Positions 39,464-51,221 of a stretch of DNA of 64,000 nucleotides are shown here, piece after piece; position 1 is the first letter of the stretch; every line of letters begins with the position of its first letter. This stretch comes from Acanthaster planci. Lineage: Eukaryota. Under the pieces are notes generated by a model. That model made no database searches. It saw nothing but the letters and a program-made list of their open reading frames with translations, and was not told the origin of the DNA. The stretch spans positions 2,425,838 through 2,489,837 of the forward strand of contig NW_019091362.1 in the NCBI RefSeq assembly GCF_001949145.1, in the 5' to 3' direction. The position numbers and the translations under genes are program-made.

Positions 39464-42290
39464 GCCAGCCCACGACATCGTTGGCATGGAAATGATATCG
39501 GAAGTGGTACAGTGAAAGAAAACAAACAGTCGAACCACCTGTGGCTGGGTAAATTCTCCTAAGCATTTATCAAAGCCAAATAAAGGCTAAACGCAATTCC
39601 ATTCAAGGTGTTTCTGTCCATGGGGAGTAAAATTAATTTATCAGGGAGCCATAAATGTGGAGCCGGCATCAACAATGTCCTCAGGCTTTTAGCATTTTCT
39701 AGGTGATCGACTGTTTTGTCTGGAGTTCCAATGATTGGCCTGTTTACCTCAGTGAGCCAAGAAGTCAAGCAGAAAACAACACTGCATCTACGCCATCGCC
39801 TTCACCAGCTTCAACGTTTCTGATGAAGAAACTTCACACTGGAACTTTTAAAGCAATGAAACAGCAGACGGATTTGACTCAATTTGATTTGGAAGTCCTC
39901 TTCTTTAAGATAGTACAGCTAAGGCTGAGCAGATGGTGATGCATCACACACAGTGCATAGCTGTTGTAACAAAGATTTATTTCATTCAATAGACTGCCAT
40001 TTGTAGTAACAACCACTTTACCAAGCCAACTTGATTGTAATGGCTTTGTCTTCAGTTCCTGATGACCATCCTCAGCAATTCCAAAATTCACAATGTAATG
40101 GTATCAAATGCATACATCTACAAAGATTTATGGCCAAAGAGTCTCACTGCTCCATCTACTCACCAGGCAGTGTAAGTATCATCATAAAGATAGCAGCCTA
40201 TTTGCTGTTGAGATTTACAGATGCAAATGACTATTTTAATAACTGATTTTACGAGAGGAAATCCCTTGTGCAACGATACCAGGATGGGGATTATCTGCCT
40301 TAACAACTGCCGTAAAACCTTGCACAATGCAGGACGCCTATCAAGAATGACTGTCCACAATGAATCATTTTAGAAATGGACGGACTGGCTCAGGCCTAGT
40401 CCAGCAGCAGAGTACGTGGACATGGCTCATTTCTATGACGGCACAAGGCACCGCCAGGCTTGGGAGTGAGACTGATGCCACCTGACGTAACAAGTCATAC
40501 GAGCTACACCCTTCCCAGAGATATCACCTCAACGACAACGGTGGAGACAGTGATGCCTCTCTGACCACATCTTCTTCTCCTTGGCTGGGGGGGGGGTTCG
40601 GCAGCAGCAGTGTCCTGCAGCACTGAGCCTGTTTACCTAAAGTATCTAGTCGCAGCCATGAAACAACACATACTCCGCAAACTCCGATCTCCGTAGCCTT
40701 GAATATGTACAATCAGCGACGATGCACAATCTCAAGGCATCACCACTCCCTCGTGCTCCAGACAAGCTGATTCCTTGCATCTCATTTAGAACTTTGCTGT
40801 TGCCAAGGCAAACGATGGAGATGAGAGAGTCTTTCACAGTCAATAAAAAGGCAAGTGTCCAAGGAGGAATATAATTCACTGAGCTCTGGCCAAAGTCCAC
40901 GTACAGACATTGTTTGTGAAGTACTGGGCAGAATAACTACATCCTTGCACTGGACCTTGATCCATGGATGGCCAAATGTCATGTCATCACTGGAACGGCT
41001 AAACAGCTCTCTTGAATACTTCACTGTTACTCCTAATGTTAATTCAATTAAGCCAGGAATTATGATGCTATTACACTCAATGAAACTGTTTAATACAGGA
41101 AATCCCACCCAAGCATGGAGCTGTAAATAGAAGTCTGGGTGGCACTTTTCTCGAAGTAACACTAAACATGTGGCCTTTTTCACAATGCGAAATTTTATCC
41201 AAAAAGCCGGCTGGCTCTAGGGATAAAATTGCAAGTCGATCCTATTCAGCACGATGCAGGCACACATGTACAAAATGTGTGCTCAATTTGTTAAGGTGGC
41301 AACGGTTCAACTCCAAGCTTTGTAAGCTGTGACCCTTCCTGTCCACCGATTACACGATATGGATTTTTTGGTACTTCCGATTTCGTTCCTTGTCGAGGCT
41401 TCCTAATGCATTTTTTTCCCTGCCTTCCCCCATCACCCCGCTGCGGTGGTTGGAGCAGCTGGTAATTGGCTAAATGCACATGTAGCATGCCTGGGACAGA
41501 CCATTCTGTAGGAGGGCTGAATTCCTCTCCAAATAGGGTGTGACACTATCAAAAATAAATTTTCACGACCACTCTGCAATTCCTTGAAATATGACTTGCT
41601 TGTTTCATTCTGTCCCTCGTTTATATTTTTGGGGGACCTCCCTGCCCAGTCCAGTCTTTGAATCATTCCACCTACAGATACAGGTGAACATTACATTAAA
41701 AATATGATCGCTTGGGCTGGACCATTGCAAACACAGGGAATAATGAAGGGGCAAGAGGTAACATAAGTATCACTAATGGGTATTTGTTCTTCTTTCATAA
41801 CCTATAGGCATGAGATGGATTGGAAGCGAAGCGAACATGACAGATGAATGAACAAGCACCTTGTAATTAAGAGAATCCAATGTCTGACGATGATCTTGCC
41901 CTCCTGTACAAATTTCTGACTAGGCATAGACTCGAGGAAACCAAGCAAGGTCAAATCCCACTAGATATTGAAATACTCACTGGAAAACCAGCCTAATACA
42001 TTGGTTATCTTGGGAGATTCTAAAATACTAACAAGTAGTCTCACTGGAAATATTTCAAGGTAAGCAAAAACTGGGCAGCTCATCCGTGCATTATTTATTT
42101 TTATTCGGCGCAGTGAGGGAGAAAGTGTGAGTACTGTCAAGAGGCAGTGCAAAGATGGTGCGAGCATGGCTCAACACCTACTGAAAACTGTGTGGGCAAG
42201 AACCAGCATAAATGGATTGGGCCTCTGTTGTGATCATATGCTTGCAATCTAGGTTTTTTTGGGGGGTTAAGTTCATCCATGACGCTCAAA

Positions 42291-42727
42291 AATAATAATA
42301 ATGATGATACTTTTATACAGCACCAATCCATTACAAGTATTATTCTCTGTGGCAATTTACAATATACTATAAAATAATGCGAAATACACAAAATTATATT
42401 AACGAAAAATTCACAAAAAATGACAAATCATACAGATATGATATTACGTTAAAAAATTAAAGTGATGTAAATGCATAAAATATCAAGATCGAAGCAGTTA
42501 TAAAAGGTACGTGCACTTAAAAAGGATGACATTGACATACAATAAAATAAGGTGGATTTACAAGCCAATGCCAAAACTAATTATTTGAAAAAGGCCTCAC
42601 GCTAAAGGTGGGTTTGGAGACCAGACTTGAAGCTAGCAAGCGAGTCTGCGGCTCGAAGCTAGCAAGTGAGTCTGCAGCTCTGAGAGAGGCCTCAAGCTCA
42701 TTCCACGATCGGGGACCAATGACCAAA
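42291..42727 (-). mobile_element. 5'-truncated L2/CR1-type LINE remnant (ORF2 C-terminus, 3' UTR and TAT-repeat tail)
   Basis: After removing a 26-nt duplication, the minus strand encodes VIGPRSWNELEASLRAADSLASFKSGLQTHL*REAFFK*. This resembles the WNxL...SLxxFKxxLKTHL end of L2/CR1 ORF2. It is followed by an AT-rich UTR ending gctgtataaaagtatcatcattattattatt. Confidence 0.7.
42629..42680. repeat. 26-bp tandem duplication inside the LINE remnant
   Basis: gaagctagcaagcgagtctgcggctc / gaagctagcaagtgagtctgcagctc (2 mismatches). Confidence 0.9.
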
Positions 42728-44475
42728 ACAAAGCCACCTAGAATTCAACACATCCATTCAACAGATGGGCTTTAGCTGTAAGACCATGAAAAATTCCATC
42801 AAGCAGAAAACCTTTATGTCTTCATTAAAAAAAAGAAAACAGTAGAAAACACTGCCTACTCTTGGCAACTAACATACTAGTAAACTACATCCAAGAAATT
42901 TGTCATACTGTGGGGACAACTTCTGAATGGATTAAACAGAGAAAAGGCATAATTCTCAAGGCAACAGCCAAAAATGTGAATTGATAATCATTTCAAAGAC
43001 AAACTTAATCCAGAAATACTTTGCTGTTTTTATGATCCATGACAAAAATGAGATGAATGGTTCTCAGCTGAATTTTTTTGTCTTAGCTTGATCCATTTGA
43101 CTAACGTTCTGCAAGCTGAAAATGAGTCTCCCTTTTTTCCTGATAATTTCTCTAAATCTTTCAAAATCTACTCCTTGGTAAGAAGTTTCTTTAAACACCC
43201 GGGTATAATCCCCTAAATAAACTAAAGATGGCAATCACAGAATCCTCTTCTTCATTCTATCCTGCAGAATTCTCCACAAAATTCCAGGTAGATGTTGAGG
43301 GATCTCGAAGGGTTTAGGGTTAAGTAAATCTCACCTGGACAACGTTCACTGGTAAGAGGCTGGCTTACCTGTGTTTGTCATCACCGCAGGTAAGCACTGT
43401 CCAATTTGTCCAAGAGGGAAAAAACCTTCTATGAGATTGCATCTCAATTGATTTTTGGTCAAAGACCTCAACTCTCCTGGCGGATGCAGTGCTCTTTTTT
43501 TAAATGAAAGCTGATCTACGCGCTTCGATTTGTAGATGTTTGGGTATGGGTTAAGCTAACAGAAAGAATCTCAGAGACAAGGAAATGAAATTGAGCTCTT
43601 CTTCTTGTCTTTTGCTACGATCCACTACAGGGTCAAGGTTCTTGGGATGGTGAATTGAGGATAATGGATGATGCCATGTTTGATTTTTCAAACATGCAAA
43701 ATTATGGTTCATTATGGTCCTTACTGGTTGATTTGAGAAACATGCCAACAGTAATAACTGCACTCACATAAATACATTTCTATGGACCAAGCCCTGTTAC
43801 AAAATGGACCAGAAACGATGCAAAAGTTGAGAAATTTGGATCAGTCATAGTAATACTGCTATTCATTTCATCAAAAGGAAAATATTCAAGAGACAAAATT
43901 TGTAATTATGAAAAATCATAGCACTGAAAATTTTGGAACTATTCAAATCTCAGAACAAGCCATTTTGAAACTTTCCTCATTTAAAAGTAAACTTTTGATT
44001 CTATTTATATCAAATACAACCAATTAACACTGCCCAGCTGAAACCCAAATTCCTTGAAGAGCTTTTGTTATTAGTCTCGTTTATCAGTTGAAATGGACTA
44101 CAAAGCAAACGCATATTCTACCTTTAAACTTAATTCCTCTAAACTGCTGCCATGAAAAGCATAAAACCAGCAATCTCTGCCCCAAACCACCTCGGAACCT
44201 TTCCGATTTGTAAGGGAATGCATGTACTAGTGACTGTCTATTTTCAATCAAACGATGCATCGCCTACCTGCAAGCCAGCCAGCACCTTCCTCTCCAGCAA
44301 GTCATCAGCTAGATTGGCCTGTGGACTTGCCAATTGTTCAGACCAAAGACAACCTACGGTAAGGCGGGCTCATCCCCAAATACCACGACAGTCTAATCTT
44401 ACAGCGCAACTCTTTCAACTTCACAAAAAAAAAAAAAGGAATGCGTACTTGCGTGTGTGTCTATATATCTCTCAC

Positions 44476-44847
44476 CTCCGCGGCCCTGCTTTCTGGTGAC
44501 CTAGGCAAGATCGCCCCGCAGATCATTACATCTGGTGTTTCGATACCATTGTCTCTTTGGCCAATTAAGTGTGGATGTTGGAACGTCGAAGCTATGGCAG
44601 GAGGGGACAGCGAATGGCTTTGGACAGCGAATGGTTTTGCCATTTTGTGGAGAGTGTGCATCCCGAATGCAGGCGGGAACAAGATGAAGATGTCGCTGAT
44701 AATAGCTTTGATGATGACTGTAATTGCTGACAATGTGCCGGGCACGCGGATAAAATTACAAGGTGAAGTTTTCCGTTCATCCAAACGATATACTTTGCTC
44801 GATTGAATCAGAGATAATTCAGAGTTTTGAAGGTATTTTGAAAACAT
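44476..44847 (-). CDS. Candidate alternative first coding exon (124 codons from ATG 44847, or 56 codons from aaaATGG at 44643, ending LPRSPESRAAE)
   Basis: Long CpG-enriched ORF ending at the strong donor GAG|gtgaga in phase 0. Confidence 0.5.
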
Positions 44848-45345
44848 CTGTCCTTTAGATCAGATGAACCTGATGCATTCATGTATTTAATGACATCATA
44901 GACGACAACACAATATACCATGATTATTTCCGCTTTTTTGTTCTCGTTACAAAATAAGTCAATAAAATCAGTCATATGAATCAAGTGCATTTGCACACAA
45001 TTATGTTATATTCGTCCATCCCTGAAGAGTTCAGTTTAATGAATTAAAACTTAACAAACTTCATAAGTGAATTTTATAGATTTAAACTTTACAGAGGAAA
45101 CTTATAGTTATCATTCAAAATGTTCAAACACCATTTTGAACATGTCGACGACTTCCTCAGACTATGTATGTAAAACTCAGTAAACAAGAAAAAAATCAGT
45201 TGATATCATGTTCTTGGATGACAAATTAGGCCTTATAAATCTAAGCAGTCAAACACAAAGAAATTTGTCCAAAAGAAAATAAAAAGACAAGAAATATTTG
45301 TGCAACATCACAAAGTGAGTATAATGTGAAACTGCAGGGACTTAC

Positions 45346-45477
45346 CGAGGCACAGAGATCTGGAAAGTAGTGCCCCACAGAACGACCCACCAAAAATGTG
45401 CTGGGAAACGCTGATTCCCACCACAGACAACCTCCCTTAACTGTTGGCACTACTGTGCCACCAAACCACAATAACAT
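45346..45477 (-). CDS. Candidate alternative first coding exon (44 codons, MLLWFGG...FPDLCAS)
   Basis: ATG-initiated ORF reaching the donor TCG|gtaagt in phase 0. Confidence 0.3.
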
Positions 45478-48400
45478 TACATTTTGATTTAAAACATGTC
45501 AGTTACTGAAGAGGCAACACCTCGTGGGATTATGGGCTAGCACATAAGACAAAAAAGCCACCTCACCACATTACCAACAGGTGTAAACAGGAGTCAATCT
45601 GGTAATTTACCCAATCGAAACCTTTCAGCCTGTAGGTAGCTTTCCTTGGAATAAATATTTTTTTGATTTGTGGGCACAGCAGGGTGGACCCATTTCCTGC
45701 TTGCGGTGGTGAACATTCAGCCAGAGATACAAACATTTTTTCCAGGGTTGATGGTTTGCTGGTATTGTGGGCCTACTGAGGCTCCAACTGTTATCTGGAA
45801 CTTTACTGTAATGTAATTTGCTCTACTTCTTTGTTCCAGACATCTCATGTGTTCATGAATTAAGCCTTTTCTCAACCCCCAACCTCTTCAACTGGTTGAA
45901 ACTAGGAGAATGTCTGCTCAAAACCCAACATCTGCATGTTTTTGTACCATTTTGGAATGAAAGCCAATACACTCTTGCTTTACTCCACCGTTATTTAACA
46001 GTTATGAAAATGTAAAAGCCTCATCCCTTAGGAAGGAAAGAATAGCCCGGTTGTCATGGAAACCTGAACCAAGATGGGCTTTTTACCCTCACTCCCAGGA
46101 CAGCAAGAAGATCCCTAGAGTTCTCCAGGTGATGTTAACCTGTTCGATTACACTCTCAGAAATGACAACTTGTGCCCTGACGATGAAGACTTGGAGAGTG
46201 CACAGTTGCATTAATTACCGATGGCAGGATGGGAGGGCCATAATTAGATCTCCTGTCAAGCAACGTCCACGATCAAGCAACGTCCACTTCCCGAAAACCG
46301 AATTCTCATATGTGAGGAAATGTTTGCCGGACCATGCAGATCCCCCCCCAATCTGATTCCAAGGTTAAATTGAGCATGGTGTTGCTGTGTGCAGTGCACT
46401 TTGGATCATCAAAGGAGAGCTCAGTAGGACAATCAGCCTAACCATCTCTGGGATTGAGCTATACCTCCCCAGGGTAGCCTCTTTCTTTCTATCATCAGGT
46501 GTGTCACCAAACATTTCCAATTTGCAAATAAAAACCGTGTCGAGTGTTCCTACACTGTCTGTTCCAAACTGTGAGAGGTTTCAAATATGGGATATTCGGA
46601 GAATGCATTACTGTTTGCCATTCGAGAACCAACTCGAGATAATTGATCACATCTCTTGAGGGAGAAATATTAGCATGAGGGTTTAGGGGGAGACAGTTGG
46701 CTATCTGAACTACATGTGGGACAGGGAAGGTTCCAAGGTTGAATTATGGATGGACTTATAGGCACTGATCTGACAAACTGGGCAGCCACTGCCCAAGACA
46801 AATGTTGGAGAAGAGGATGAAAAAAAACAAAACAATGTATTTGAAAAGGGCAGAAAAACCAGACACTACTTCAAACAGTTCTCATAATGAAAGGCAAAAA
46901 TATTATACTAACTGCACAACTGTACTGTCAATAGTTTGTATTTCATGTAGTGAATTTAAGCTATCCGAAAGAAAATTGTCACAATACACATCCTGCCAAA
47001 GCAGAATGAGAAGGCCGAAGATTTGCAACTACATTATATGAGTTTTAATGTTTTGTTGTCCTTTCCCTAAACAGTGTGTTGTTCTAACAGTGAGTATTTA
47101 ATTTCTGCATTTATGTTTTTCAGAACAGCTTCGATATGATGCAACACCTTCTCGGTCCAAAGAATTAGTGATGCCCCACGAAACAGACCTGTGAAGTGCT
47201 CGTGGGCGTCTTCAAACGCTGACCGCCACAGTGTGCTTCACACGATAAAAACCAGCATCAATTCAGTGGAAACCTGCCTGACTCAATTAGGGTTGGGGGG
47301 GGCGACAGTGCAGACCCAGTGTCCCGTCACCTAATCTGATAGATGGGCCCAGATTAATGTCTCCAGGAATTAATTTGGCAGGATGGAACTCTGTGTACCA
47401 TGTCTTATCAGAATACATCTAATGTCTGCAATCAGATCCTTCATGAAATCTTCAAGATCTATGTTAACCGAGTCAGAAAAAAATGTCTTCCCCCAAAGGG
47501 GTTTCTTCACATAATTTTTTTTTTACAGTACAATAATTTCTAGGTAATAACTAGCCAGAAGTCACGAACCAACTCTGAATAAGGGTTACTTTGAAGGAGG
47601 ACATGGAAACTACATAAGAATGCAGAGATTTTAATTTTAATCAATAGTCTTTTGTAAGATGTCATTCTGGACAACAATCGAAATGGTTCTAAATAAAGTC
47701 AGGTCCATATGAACTCCTGTTCTGAATAAAAACCTTTTTGAACTAGAATGAGGATGGTCAAATTATAGGTGTTCAAGTCTTAATAACACAGCAAAAAACA
47801 CCTTAATTTCTTTTCCTTCACACCACTTTAAGCTTCTTGAAAGGAACAAAAAAATGAGATCAGACAATCAGCACATGCAGGACTGTTCCACAACACTTCG
47901 GAATAAAGGAGAAAAGATAGAGGTGGGAGAAAAAAATCACAGAGCGAAACTTATTAATTTGCTGGAAGTGCCTCTATTTCCAGGGAAATACGTGCACATT
48001 CCATTGTCCCACTGGAAGACTGAGGGGGTTTGGTCCACACATGCCTGCAAGCACAGACAGGTGTGACACAGCTGAATTTCCACAGCTCTTTGTCAGTTTA
48101 TGGCCTAATAATGCTTGGTTCTCCATATCCATTCCAACAGTTCCTAAGCAGCGCTTGCCCCAGTGTCACTAATGAAGCCTGCCACATTAATTATCCTAGC
48201 CACCTGCAGTTGTTGAATCGTGAATCCGTCCACACTTCCCCAGCCCGATCATAGCCCAACACTTACATAAATCCTGCACAGATGGGGACATGAGATGCCC
48301 TAATCAATAGCATCGGTCAACTCGATAAATATTGTATGATTGCATAACAAGATTACAGACCGGAATACAAATTGCCTAATGGAGTCTGTGGGCATCCAGT

Positions 48401-48989
48401 GGGGGACACACTTATGTTAAAAACTCCCGAGAGAAACTCGTCACTGCAAAGACACCTCCCATGTTTAAAATAGGCTTTTCCAACACAAAGAAATTAATGA
48501 GGTTAAAAAAATCATTGGACTTAATGATTGTGATGAGATGCAAGTGATCTCAGACATTTTAAACTATGTTCAGAGCATGGAAATGTAAGTTACCTTTATA
48601 AACCAAAGTAATGACAAATATGCAACATGCAGAGTCTAATGGATTCAATTGGAATACAAATACTTCAAGAGTTCAAGCGTTCACTAAAATATGGCACTGC
48701 TACATTTGAATTATGCTATATCAGATTTCAACAGAGGGCAGCAAATACCTTGGTCAACCATTCTGAGCAAAGAAAAAAAATCCAACTTAAAGAATGAAGG
48801 CAGAGGGCAGCAGTCAAATGGCTTTCACAGACATTTTAAAGAACTAGCAACCATCGCACAATAGAGGGTGCTCTTCAACTAGACTCTCTCATGAAAGGAT
48901 TATCTGCTTGGACAGTGTGGCAAGCCCCCACTTGTCAGAACCCGTGAGGAAGCTCATCTGCTGCATTGAAGACTTCTTTAATTAATTTT

Positions 48990-49290
48990 GGATATTTGCC
49001 CTGCCCAACGTGTCTGGCATTATAGCACTTTGTACTCGGTGTTTGCCCCCGAAGGCTTGTGAAAACAACACAAGTGTACTCGGGTGGGACTCGATCCCTC
49101 GTCTTCCAGTTTACTTGTGCAGACGTCTAGACCACCCAGCTTCCCGGTGTCTGCTGGCTGGTTCGAGTCAGATGTAGCAGCAGGTAACGCGAACAACTAT
49201 TTCTAAGGATGGATTTTTGCCCTGCCCAAATTGTATTGTAACACTGTTCACTCAGTGTTTGCCCCCAAAGGCTTGTGAAGAAAAAAACAC
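48990..49290. mobile_element. tRNA-derived SINE-like/satellite unit bracketed by an ~80-bp direct repeat
   Basis: The segment ttgccctgcccaa...gtgtttgccccc(g/a)aaggcttgtgaa occurs near 48996 and again near 49217. B-box-like sequences lie between them on both strands (49086-49098 minus; 49160-49169 plus). Confidence 0.55.
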
Positions 49291-49812
49291 ATTTTTCAGC
49301 TTCAGCATCTCTGTAAACGTTACTCCACACTCTCATAAGACAACATCAAATTACAAAACATTCAGTTCTACAACCAGGATTTCATCAGTATCATAATTGT
49401 TAATTCTGTGACGAACTGAAATTTGGGATCAGTTGATCTTGATAACGCCCTGTCCTTCCTGGCTTTCATGAAGACCAGCTGCTGAGCCTAATCAAACATT
49501 CAAAAATTGGTTGGAGTTCCCTCTTTGTCTCTTGAGATAAAAACTCTGTAATTTTCCATTCAATGGTTTTGCTCTTTTGACCATTTGGCAATCTGCAGAA
49601 ACTGTTGAGCCTCAAATGCCCAAATGTCAAAGGTTAATCTGTGACACTGTAACAAGCCTGTGTGGTGCAAGTCCATGAAAACATACTAAATTTGATCCCT
49701 GGATGTTGCCATGGATTGCCTCGTTGAAAAAGTCAATTCAAATTAGTTTTCACTAAGAACTGGTACGTGTGTCCACTGTTGGGAAAATTGAAACTTATAA
49801 TGCATATTGGCA

Positions 49813-49900
49813 TCTTCACTGAGTAGTCATAAGTTCTTCACTGAGTAGTCATAAGTTCTTCACTGAGTAGTCATAAGTTCTTCACTGAGTAGTCATAAGT
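49813..49900. repeat. Perfect tandem repeat, 4 x 22 bp (tcttcactgagtagtcataagt)
   Basis: Read directly: four identical head-to-tail copies with no spacers. Confidence 0.95.
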
Positions 49901-50330
49901 TTACTTTTCACACACACCCACACAAACATGAACATTACATACCGGTACCTAGTGTGGACACCCCTTTGTTTTCATGCAGTTAAGAAATCTCGGTGAAAAT
50001 ACTCACATTTCTTTAATCGGGAACACGATATTCAGCTAGATTTTTGTAAAATGTTTCCTTGACTGTTCCTTTTCCTTTTACGACGGACAACCCTACCCCC
50101 AAAATGCCTCTAAACTTTTCAGAGAAGGGGAAACATCCTGTGGACATAAGTTTAACAAAACGTCTTCCCTTCCTGCATCATGTGGACATCTTTTGTTCAC
50201 AAGTCCACACTAGTTGGTGCACACATGCATACAGAGCATACGTTTTCTTTTACATTTTGCTCAGCGCTCTATCTAGTCTCAGCTACGTTTAAGTACACAA
50301 AGCCGACAGAAGGATGCAAAACGGACTTAC

Positions 50331-50426
50331 ATTTGTGTTGAGCTGGTTGGAGAGGTTCCCCACTCTCTCCTGTTCTCGGTCGAGCTCTCGCTTCAAGCGA
50401 CGGATCTCATTGGCCTTGTCATCCGG
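50331..50426 (-). CDS. NAV2: Neuron navigator coiled-coil exon (96 nt), PDDKANEIRRLKRELDREQERVGNLSNQLNTN
   Basis: Acceptor tttcacccttatcag, donor AAT|gtaagt, phase 0/0. Resembles the navigator EIRKLRREL...QLxxN segment. Confidence 0.93.
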
Positions 50427-50970
50427 CTGATAAGGGTGAAAACAAAAAAAAAACAAGGGTAAGTTTTGTTCCATTTTTACCAACAGCACATGGAAAGATG
50501 AAAGAATTTATCAGCTAAGAATCCAAATGGGGTGTCGGACAGGTTATCAGATCGTGGGGAAGTGCACTCACTGTCTTATTATATTTTCAGCCAAATCTTG
50601 GCATTCACCAGCACGAACTGCAGCTGGCATCCATTACGTGACAGATACTGTAGGTTGATGCAAAAGGCAGGGGGCACTGCTCTTCATATGGTACTAATGG
50701 ATTGTCTTTGAGAGTGCATGTACGGCAGAGAGAAAGGCAAATTCACTAATTTGAGTCAAAACCAATGACTGGAATGGTTGTACTAGAGAAGCCAACTGAC
50801 CATACTGGACAAACTTCAAATGACTGCAATGCACGCTGGCAATACTTCTTCACATTAATGTTCATTTCTGGTATTTTGTGATTTAACAGTAAATCAGATG
50901 TTTAATGCATACACTGTACACCTGTTGGCGGATGCTGAACATTGACTAGAGTAAATTTTTCTTAAATTCC

Positions 50971-51045
50971 TCATTTTATTGCTACAGAACAGCCGGCCCG
51001 GGGAGCCCTCCCTCCGCGTCCGCTGCTGGTCCCGCCTGGTCTCCT
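50971..51045 (-). CDS. Candidate alternative terminal exon (RRPGGTSSGRGGRAPRAGCSVAIK*)
   Basis: Branch-like ctaat plus tttctgtcgtgtggcag acceptor, GC-rich island, phase-0 reading ends in TGA at 50973-50971, AATAAA at 50980-50975. Confidence 0.35.
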   Translation of the reverse strand, partial: RRPGGTSSGRGGRAPRAGCSVAIK

Positions 51046-51221
51046 CTGCCACACGACAGAAATTAGTCATTGTCACTCAATGATTCTTGAACGCATCTAT
51101 GCACTTTTTATACAATTAGTCAAAGGTAGATTACATTGTGTGCAAATATAGAGAGGGGCAAAATATTCTCCAGAAATCTGACTTCTGCCGCCTTTCCTCC
51201 ATAAACCCCACTCTGACTTAC

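Larger units (their letters stand above)
1548..50330 (-). other. ~48.8 kb phase-0 intron inside the navigator coiled-coil region
   Basis: GT at 50330 and AG at 1549-1548. The flanking peptides ...NQLNTN and AHVVAAF... are contiguous in navigator proteins as I recall them. Confidence 0.85.

Noticed and set aside
40500..40800. CpG-rich stretch as a further first exon
   Set aside because: The donor-like sites at 40527 and 40636 have no phase-0 ATG-initiated frame.
49813..49900. CRISPR-like repeat array
   Set aside because: The repeats are directly adjacent with no spacers, there are no cas genes, and the context is a eukaryotic intron.
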